54,891 nucleotides of DNA, taken from IMG/VR virus record IMGVR_UViG_3300032173_000007, positions 1 through 54,891 of that record; one strand, 5' to 3'. This DNA is from a virus (taxonomy: Duplodnaviria > Caudoviricetes). The notes below the pieces were generated by a model that saw only the letters and a list, made by a program, of their open reading frames with translations, was not told the origin of the DNA and ran no database searches. Made by a program: the position numbers and the translations under genes. Positions 48,016 through 54,891 of this stretch are shown piece after piece (the first letter of the stretch is position 1; each line of letters starts with the position of its first letter).

Positions 48016-48711
48016 ATGAAACTCTATAAGCTGACCGATAGCAATGATCGGACGTATGGCGGTTGTCAGTGGGGCGAAAATATAACCCATGAAACTTCCG
48101 GTCAGAGTGAGATTTGCGGCCCCGGTTGGACTCATTGGTATAGCGACCCTTGGGTTGCCGTTTTCCTTAACCCAGTTCACGGAGAGTTCGACCTGAAAAC
48201 TGCTCACCTGTGGGAAGGTGAGGGAGAGATGGTAATTCATGATTGTGAACTCAAAATAGGTTGCACCAAAGCCACAACGCTGAAACGAATTCCACTCCCT
48301 GTCCTGACACCTGAACAAAGGATAGAAATTGCTATTCGCTGCGTCCTTCTGGTGTATGAAGAACCAATATTTGTGCAGTGGGCACAAAAATGGCTGTCTG
48401 GTGAAGATAGATCAATGGAGGTAATTAAAAGAGTGAAAGAGATAGCATGCTCAAGAGAGGAAATAGCTTGGGTAGGCAAGGCAACAGAGGCGTGGTGGTC
48501 CGCCAGGGCAGCGGAGCGAGCGACGGCGGCTGCGATAATTTTCACAAATTTACAAAAAGATATATGGGCATACTATCGAGAAAAAGGAGAATTGCAAGTC
48601 GCAAAAGCAGCAGCCCAAGCAGCAGAAACAGCAACATGGACAAAAGGTAGCAAAGTCAACTTACGGTCTGTTATCTACGAAGTGGTAAAAGATGGCAAAG
48701 AAGAATTCTGA
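48016..48711 (+). CDS. Hypothetical protein, DUF7666-like N-domain and Ala-rich helical C-domain
   Basis: 'LYKLTD...CGPGWTH..D','WAQKWLSGEDR'. Confidence 0.65.
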   Translation: MKLYKLTDSNDRTYGGCQWGENITHETSGQSEICGPGWTHWYSDPWVAVFLNPVHGEFDLKTAHLWEGEGEMVIHDCELKIGCTKATTLKRIPLPVLTPEQRIEIAIRCVLLVYEEPIFVQWAQKWLSGEDRSMEVIKRVKEIACSREEIAWVGKATEAWWSARAAERATAAAIIFTNLQKDIWAYYREKGELQVAKAAAQAAETATWTKGSKVNLRSVIYEVVKDGKEEF

Positions 48712-48783
48712 TTTGCAACAGAAAGAGGCAAATATGCAACACCGTGGGATTGCTAACCATCTAATTTTATTGCATTGTGAATT

Positions 48784-48799
48784 CGGCACAGATATTGCA
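48784..48799 (+). promoter_or_regulatory. Sigma-54-like promoter 4
   Basis: CGGCAC-AGATA-TTGCA; two TGCAACA copies upstream; predicted start site about 3 nt before an SD-less ATG at 48813. Confidence 0.5.
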
Positions 48800-48812
48800 T
48801 GTTTATAAGAAC

Positions 48813-49571
48813 ATGAAAATACTCAAAAAAGGCCACTTATCAATCTATGATGACTCCCCTTGGATTCCTGGCGTTTGGCGGGAGGAACCCAATGCACCTA
48901 TCAATGGGGAATCTTGTGGGGTAGGTTATCACTCAATTATCTGCGGTGATCCTCTCAAAGCGCCGGTCTTCGCCTGGCCCTGCGAGGTATGGGAGGATGA
49001 AGTAGAGGGAGAGTGTGGACGGGATGAGATTAAAGCCCGTTATCGGAGACAGCGAATTATTAAGGAGATTACGGATCAATTCCCAGCAATTGTCGCGGTT
49101 AATCGGTTTATTACCGAGACTATTCCGGCGGTGAAATGGTTTGTGCCTCAACCACCAGAAGAGTGGATGATCGTAGAAGAGTTTGACAGTATAGATACCG
49201 CTTGGAATGCTGCTTGGGATAGCCCTTGGAATACTACTTTCTTTTCCATTTGGGATAGTGTTCCTTATCATGATTTTCAGAAGCTTACTTTAAAAGCTCC
49301 TGCCAGAGCTGCGGAAGTTATTGCGAGAGATGCCATTACGCATGTCATAGAAAGTATTATTAAAGAGAATGTTGGTCACGATCTCTTTATTCGTGTAGCT
49401 GCCGCTGGATATATCTATACCCTATTGGGTTATGATTATAAGTTTGATCTTACTTGGCATTATCGTTGGTGGCGGGCTTGGGAACTGGGATATTATCCCA
49501 TTAGGCAGGAAGGAGACAAGCTGGTGGTTGGCAAGATTAAGGAGCAGAATGAACACAATTTATCAGATTAA
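48813..49571 (+). CDS. Hypothetical protein, DUF7666-like N-domain
   Basis: 'CGVGYH...EVWEDEVEG...KAR..R.RIIKE', 'AWNAAWD'. Confidence 0.6.
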   Translation: MKILKKGHLSIYDDSPWIPGVWREEPNAPINGESCGVGYHSIICGDPLKAPVFAWPCEVWEDEVEGECGRDEIKARYRRQRIIKEITDQFPAIVAVNRFITETIPAVKWFVPQPPEEWMIVEEFDSIDTAWNAAWDSPWNTTFFSIWDSVPYHDFQKLTLKAPARAAEVIARDAITHVIESIIKENVGHDLFIRVAAAGYIYTLLGYDYKFDLTWHYRWWRAWELGYYPIRQEGDKLVVGKIKEQNEHNLSD

Positions 49572-49705
49572 CTTTCGGGCAGCTGGTATCGATTACACCT
49601 GGTATCGATTCGGAAAGGATGCGCTCAATGCCGCTATTGACGAAATCCGACGTGTCTCACCGGATGCGGTCATTACTTTTAAAACAATTTCAGAGGAGGA
49701 ATGGA

Positions 49706-50107
49706 ATGAACTTAAAAGAAGCTAAGGAACTTCACCAAAAGCTGTGGAACTGGTTAACGGAAAATCCAAGGAATAGCAAGAAAGACTGGCCTGAGTGGAT
49801 AGAGAATGGAGGCACCGTGCAGTCTGTTACGAATTACTGTTTCGCTTGCAAGATGTCTCTACCCAGACGATCATCATCCGGCTGTGGCTGTCCAATAAAA
49901 TGGCCAAACGGATATTGCGGAGATGAGAGTAGTCCATATACAAGGTGGCGTGATGCCACCGATCCTGAAGAGCGGATGGCTGCTGCTCGGGAGATTGCTA
50001 CCCTACCTTGGATAGAAGAGGAGGAATTGATCAAAATAAAGAATGGAGGGAACTATGTCAAAATCATGGGAGATAGGTATCCTTATGGATTGTTTCTTGA
50101 ATTATGA
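49706..50107 (+). CDS. Paralogue of early array gene 2
   Basis: LHQKLWNWLTENP, CFAC, CPIKW, EIATLPW. Confidence 0.75.
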   Translation: MNLKEAKELHQKLWNWLTENPRNSKKDWPEWIENGGTVQSVTNYCFACKMSLPRRSSSGCGCPIKWPNGYCGDESSPYTRWRDATDPEERMAAAREIATLPWIEEEELIKIKNGGNYVKIMGDRYPYGLFLEL

Positions 50108-50384
50108 AACTTCGGCAGAATATCTTCGTCTCAAAGGGGAGGATGCTTCCTTCAAGGAGGCCGTTGTGGAAGGAATTGCCCGACGCCTTGAGGCGTTGGG
50201 AGTTAATAGTTCAGAGATAGATCGCTTGGAAAGCCAGGCCCATGCCGAGGCCGAAGCAAGAATGGATCAAACTCGCCTCTGGGCCATTGAGGACGCCCAA
50301 GATGATCTGGCCAAAGAGACGGCCAGACAAATCAGGGATGATATGATTTATGAGGAAGAAAGGGAAAGGAGGTCAGGACAATGA
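50043..50384 (+). CDS. Acidic helical hypothetical protein
   Basis: 113-aa ORF overlapping its neighbours. Confidence 0.55.
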   Translation: MEGTMSKSWEIGILMDCFLNYETSAEYLRLKGEDASFKEAVVEGIARRLEALGVNSSEIDRLESQAHAEAEARMDQTRLWAIEDAQDDLAKETARQIRDDMIYEEERERRSGQ

Positions 50385-51072
50385 AAGCGTTGTTAATTAA
50401 CCGAGCCGCTTGCATTCGGCACATCAAAACGCAGGCGCCGCACATCAAGTCCGTCAGCAAGGATTTTTGGCCCGTCTTGGATCGGCGAATCGCCGCCATT
50501 TTGGATGGGGCGGTAGCAAACAATCTTCATCACACTCGCCTGACAGCCGGTGAGCTGAATGGAGTCAAACCCGGCTTGTTCGGCCGATTGGTCAAAGCAG
50601 TGAGGGGAACATGATCTGGACGAAAGATAGGCCAAAATTATCAGGATGGTATTGGACGAGAAGAAAGAATGGAAGAATTCACCCTATCTATGTAGCAGAC
50701 CCACAACAAGGCTTTGTCGCCGATAGCTTAGGTGGTGAATTATTCCATTGGGTGTGGCTGGATGGTATTCATGGAGAACGAGTGGAGTGGTCTGATTGCC
50801 CGATTCCACTTTCACAGGAAAGCAAATCTGAGGAAAAACAATGAAAGACTGGAAAGCTCTTGATCGTCGAGTTTTGGTAGTTGCCAGCGTCAATGAGATT
50901 CTCGGTGATTGGACGGTTTACATCGGTGCCGTGCCGGGCATAGATCATGAGAAAGAATGGCAAGAGGTTGCACAGTATGGAACTAAATTGCCGAAAGAAG
51001 TGGGGGAGATACTTTTCCCAGGACTTAAGGCATTGAAATGGAGATATTAACAGCAAAGGAAGGAGAAAAATA

Positions 51073-51933
51073 ATGGCTGATATTGTAATACAAAATGAAG
51101 GCTCTACAGTATCCAGTTTGGCTTTGAACACAGAACAAGTCGAACTCATCAAGCGAACCATCGCTAAGGGAGCAACGGATGACGAGCTGCGCTTGTTCCT
51201 CTATCAATGCCGACGGACTGGTCTTGATCCCTTAGCCCGTCAAGCCTATGCGGTCAAAAGATGGGATCGGGGATTAGGGCGAGAAGTTATGGCAATTCAA
51301 ACCTCAATAGACGGTTTTCGTCTTATTGCTGAACGAACGGGGAAATATCAAGGACAACTTGGACCTTGGTGGTGCGGTAAAGATGGAGTGTGGCAAGACG
51401 TATGGGTTAGCGATGATCCACCTTATGCTGCCAAGGTTGGCGTAATCCGGTCAGATTTTCAAGAACCGCTTTACGCTACGGCCAGATATGGGGCCTATGT
51501 CCAAAGGACAAAGGAAGGAACCCCCACACAGATGTGGACTCAAATGCCGGATTTAATGTTGGCTAAATGCGCCGAAGCGTTAGCTCTACGAAAGGCTTTT
51601 CCCCAAGAACTATCAGGCATTTATACGGGAGACGAAATGGCGCAAGCGGATAATGTTAGCGGGGTAAAGATTAAAATGGAACCCCCCAAGGCCAAGGAAG
51701 AAGTCAGGCCAATGGTGTTGAAGGAAGAGAGCAAAATCACTCCCCAGCAAGCCAAGGCAATTTTTGGTATTGCCCGTTCGCTCGGCATTGAGGGGGATGC
51801 TGAAGTAGGTAAGGTTGTGGCTGATGTCCTTCAACTTCCCGAAGTTGAAACGGTGATGATTCTTACTAAGGCTCAAGCTTCTGAGGCCATTAAGGGCCTG
51901 CAGGCTATGCAAAAGGACGAGGCGGCACAGTGA
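51073..51933 (+). CDS. bet: Single-strand annealing recombinase, Bet/RecT family
   Basis: 'ATDDEL.LFL..C..TGLDP..RQ.Y','SIDGFR.IA.R','W..MP..ML.KCAE..ALRKAFP..LSGIYT.DEM'. Confidence 0.9.
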   Translation: MADIVIQNEGSTVSSLALNTEQVELIKRTIAKGATDDELRLFLYQCRRTGLDPLARQAYAVKRWDRGLGREVMAIQTSIDGFRLIAERTGKYQGQLGPWWCGKDGVWQDVWVSDDPPYAAKVGVIRSDFQEPLYATARYGAYVQRTKEGTPTQMWTQMPDLMLAKCAEALALRKAFPQELSGIYTGDEMAQADNVSGVKIKMEPPKAKEEVRPMVLKEESKITPQQAKAIFGIARSLGIEGDAEVGKVVADVLQLPEVETVMILTKAQASEAIKGLQAMQKDEAAQ

Positions 51934-52508
51934 GCGAAATTCTACATCTTGACCCTGTAAGTCATGCTTATACGCTGGGAAATCGAATACTTCCCAGCGT
52001 AACCGAGATTATCCGGACTGCTGGGCTCATGGGGGAGTGGGGCCAGAATGATGAAGAATCGATGCTATTGGGTCGCTTTGTCCATGAAGCTGCCCATCTT
52101 CTCGATACTGGCAATTATGACCATGAGTCGGGAGAGAACCAACCTTGGAAACTGCATCTGGAGCAATATGAAAGGTTCAAAGCAGATACGGGTTTTAAGG
52201 TGAAAAAAAGCGAGTTGTCGGTTTACCATCCACAATTTTTCTATGCGGGCACCTTGGATAAAATCGGGATGCTCAATGATTGCATAGTCATACTTGATTT
52301 GAAGACAGGGGCCCGGATGCCCTGGCATGATATCCAAGTGGCGGCGTATGCAAACGTGTATCGGGCGGAATCTATCGCTAAATGCTTTCAGCTTTATCTG
52401 ACTCCCTTCAACTATTACCTCCGAGAAGTCAGCGGGCTCTATGCGGCATTTCAAGTTTTTCTGGCAGCGCTATCAATCTACCGATGGAAGGAGGAACATA
52501 ATGGATGA
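51930..52508 (+). CDS. PD-(D/E)XK exonuclease, partner of Bet
   Basis: 'PSVTEII','G..VH','YAGTLD','DLKTG','QVAAY'. Confidence 0.85.
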   Translation: MSEILHLDPVSHAYTLGNRILPSVTEIIRTAGLMGEWGQNDEESMLLGRFVHEAAHLLDTGNYDHESGENQPWKLHLEQYERFKADTGFKVKKSELSVYHPQFFYAGTLDKIGMLNDCIVILDLKTGARMPWHDIQVAAYANVYRAESIAKCFQLYLTPFNYYLREVSGLYAAFQVFLAALSIYRWKEEHNG

Positions 52509-53160
52509 GATGGTTGAAGTCAAAAACATGGCCCTGACTTGGGCCGAACGGGCAAAAACAGTAACTATTACCGATCCTGAGTCTCTGCTAGATGCTGACT
52601 TTATGTCCCAGGGCATCCGCAATTTGCGCAAGCGGATTGCGGAGCTTTTTGACCCGCTGATTGCCAAGGCACATGAGGCCCACAAGGCAATCATAGCGGC
52701 ACGGAAGGAAACAGAAGCTCCTTTGATAGAGGCCGAGGCCGTGCTGAATCCCAAAATTGCCTCCTATCTGGCAGAGCAAGAAAAAATCCGCAGGGCCGAA
52801 GAGGCTCGGTTGCGGGAAGAAGCCAGAAAAGTAGCAGAGGAAGCCGCGTTGGAGGCGGCTGCGGAGTTGGAAGCTAATGGAATGCCGGAGGCGGCTCAAG
52901 CGGTTCTTGAATCACCGGTAATCGTGCCTAAGGTCAAGGTAGAAGCCCCCAAATTGGAGGGAACCCATACTCGGGAAGAGTGGTCAGCTAAGGTCTATGA
53001 TTTTATGGCTTTGGTAAAGGCCGTGGCGGTAGGCCAAGCACCTGCCATAATGCTGATACCAAATCAGACTGCCCTTAACCAACAGGCCCGTTCTCTTCGG
53101 GGAGAGATGAGAATACCTGGAGTAAGGGCGGAGAAGCAAATTATACTGGTAAGAAAATAA
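52501..53160 (+). CDS. Coiled-coil protein of the recombination module
   Basis: Helical body with C-terminal 'IPGV' motif; AGGAGG SD before 52501. Confidence 0.7.
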   Translation: MDEMVEVKNMALTWAERAKTVTITDPESLLDADFMSQGIRNLRKRIAELFDPLIAKAHEAHKAIIAARKETEAPLIEAEAVLNPKIASYLAEQEKIRRAEEARLREEARKVAEEAALEAAAELEANGMPEAAQAVLESPVIVPKVKVEAPKLEGTHTREEWSAKVYDFMALVKAVAVGQAPAIMLIPNQTALNQQARSLRGEMRIPGVRAEKQIILVRK

Positions 53161-53278
53161 AATAAGGGGGTGGGGTGCATAAGCACGGTTGTTATGGAAC
53201 CGCTGAGGAAGGCAAAAACACATACCTAATGCTGAATCAGCCTCGCCCCCACCATAAACTAAGAAAGGAAGCATAAAG

Positions 53279-53377
53279 ATGAAAGACATAGAGAAAGTGG
53301 GTTATTTTGTTATCATTTTGGCTACGCTTAATGCCATAGTGATAACAATACTATTCGTGATTCGTTGTTTTCGATAA
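53279..53377 (+). CDS. 32-aa single-TM micropeptide A
   Basis: MKDIEKVGYFVIILATLNAIVITILFVIRCFR; AAGGA upstream. Confidence 0.6.
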   Translation: MKDIEKVGYFVIILATLNAIVITILFVIRCFR

Positions 53378-53399
53378 ACAATGAAAGGAGGCTATGGAG

Positions 53400-53498
53400 A
53401 TGAAAGACCTTGACAAAATGGATTGCTTTGTTTATGGCGTGGTCACGCTTAATATAATGCTGATAATAATAGCATTCTTAATCCATCTTTTTCGATAA
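53400..53498 (+). CDS. 32-aa single-TM micropeptide B, paralogue of A
   Basis: MKDLDKMDCFVYGVVTLNIMLIIIAFLIHLFR; AAGGAGG SD. Confidence 0.6.
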   Translation: MKDLDKMDCFVYGVVTLNIMLIIIAFLIHLFR

Positions 53499-53517
53499 AG
53501 AATGAGGTGCACAAGCG

Positions 53518-53745
53518 ATGAAAGACTTTATACTTAAAACTATTGTTGCGACAATAATGGGTTTGATGGTTGGAGGAATTGTCGCCCTATCTATTATTTA
53601 TTTTTTCCATCCTGCGCCACCATGGGCTTTTCTAAATGGTTTTTACTGTATGGAGTGGTATATGTATTGCAAGATTTGTAAAAATCTCGCCTTGGAGGCG
53701 GCTGCGGAGGAAAAGAATAAATTGGCCTGCCTTCATCAAATCTAA
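53518..53745 (+). CDS. Small membrane protein
   Basis: Hydrophobic N-terminal half; GAGG SD. Confidence 0.55.
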   Translation: MKDFILKTIVATIMGLMVGGIVALSIIYFFHPAPPWAFLNGFYCMEWYMYCKICKNLALEAAAEEKNKLACLHQI

Positions 53746-54266
53746 ACTGTCAGCGGGCAGAATTGCTCAGAAGAATGCGGAGGCGACTTATCATAATAGC
53801 GCGCTAAAAGATAAGTGGGAAGTCATCCAGAAAAAACGCTTAAGATCAATATGACAACCTGTTGAAGGGTCGATTCTGCCCGCTGACATAAAGACCTTTT
53901 TGAGAGGAGACAAAATGACAAAAATGTTCGATATGCGAGATAATGCAATTAAGGCCGTAAAGAACTATCTTATTGAACTTTTGGTATATGACGAGTTCTG
54001 CCAAGCAAAGCAAGTTGGGGTAGCGTTAAAACTCCTTTTAAACACAGCAGTAATGGAGATGCCGATAGAAGACCGAATAGAAAAATTATCGGAGCAAATA
54101 AAGTAACTCCCCCTTGCCCCGTTCCTCCTTCGACCGGCATAGTTCCACCCCACCCGGCCATCTCCATGCGCATCAGGGGCCCTGTCGGGGGGCAAGGGAT
54201 TCTCTCATGACGGCAGGGTCCCGGCGGTGGAGAATTTACTCTAATGAAAGTTAAAGGAGAACAAAA

Positions 54267-54566
54267 ATGTCTGGCCCCATTTGGAATGCGGATAATTTCA
54301 ATGAAGAGTCTCGCAGAATGCATCATATCGCATGGATAGACAATATTGCCCGAATCCGAAGTCAAGTTTGCAAGATAGAAGATTTAGCTGATGAAATCAA
54401 ACAGGGATTCAAGAATTCTGTTGCTACTGTTGCCGAGAAAAAAATTTCTCCTCCCCCTGTTCAATTATCCCTCGCTGACTTCCTTGCATTGGAAGGTAAG
54501 GAATTGGCTGAGTTGGCGGAGCGGTTAGAAAAAGCTCGAGCTTCAATTCAGGCATCCCTATTCTAA
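54267..54566 (+). CDS. Coiled-coil hypothetical protein
   Basis: AAGGAG SD; 99 aa. Confidence 0.6.
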   Translation: MSGPIWNADNFNEESRRMHHIAWIDNIARIRSQVCKIEDLADEIKQGFKNSVATVAEKKISPPPVQLSLADFLALEGKELAELAERLEKARASIQASLF

Positions 54567-54608
54567 GGGTTGACGGTGGGGAAGATTATGGAAAGAAAGG
54601 AAAACATA

Positions 54609-54891
54609 ATGTTTGACTATTATATTCTTGATGGACATCAACCAATAAAAACCGATCTTGCAACTTGGGCTAAATGGATTGAGACAACAAAAAAATATGT
54701 CGTTGATGAATTAGTAGGAGGCGTTCAGATTAGCACAGTCTTCGTTGGATTAGATCATTCTTTCGGCCGAGGTTCGCCTTTATTTTTTGAGACTATGGTT
54801 TTCGGTGGGCCTCTTGATGGGGAGCAAGAAAGATACATGACATGGGAAGAAGCAGAAATTGGTCATAAACGTATGGTGGAGCGGGTGAGGA
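54609..54891 (+). CDS. Phage hypothetical protein spanning the circular junction (stop TGA at 139-141)
   Basis: Manual translation MFDYYILDGH...STVFVGLDHSFG...FETMVFGG...RYMTWEEAEIGH...VRSLNE*; AAGGA upstream; absent from the ORF track. Confidence 0.75.
   Translation, partial: MFDYYILDGHQPIKTDLATWAKWIETTKKYVVDELVGGVQISTVFVGLDHSFGRGSPLFFETMVFGGPLDGEQERYMTWEEAEIGHKRMVERVR
54765..54891. repeat. Terminal direct repeat, second copy
   Basis: Identical to 1-127. Confidence 0.95.

Overview
The window looks like a complete, circularly permuted dsDNA phage genome of about 54,764 bp: the first 127 nt repeat exactly at 54765-54891 and one ORF reads through the join. Gene order is P22-like (podovirus). 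A late operon on the minus strand (about 6.1-42.7 kb) encodes small and large terminase, portal, scaffold, P22-type coat, head-to-tail and tail proteins, ejection proteins, fibres and lysis genes. Early and middle genes lie mostly on the plus strand: Bet/RecT plus exonuclease, RadC/JAB, two DNA methyltransferases, an SLT and many small ORFs. One replication gene is inverted. I recognise no integrase, DNA polymerase, tRNA or CRISPR array. The most unusual features are: (1) a control region with three consensus sigma-54 (-24/-12) promoters and exact IHF-consensus sites, with a fourth near-consensus promoter at 48.8 kb and no phage-encoded enhancer-binding protein; (2) six early genes each preceded by a GC hairpin abutting the Shine-Dalgarno; (3) a zincin-like / pyruvoyl-decarboxylase-like / ATP-grasp cassette between portal and scaffold; (4) an apparently split tail-hub gene enclosing six module genes, some sharing short motifs; (5) a small head protein with a copy of the scaffold C-terminal motif. 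Family names come from motif recognition and gene position only; no searches were run.
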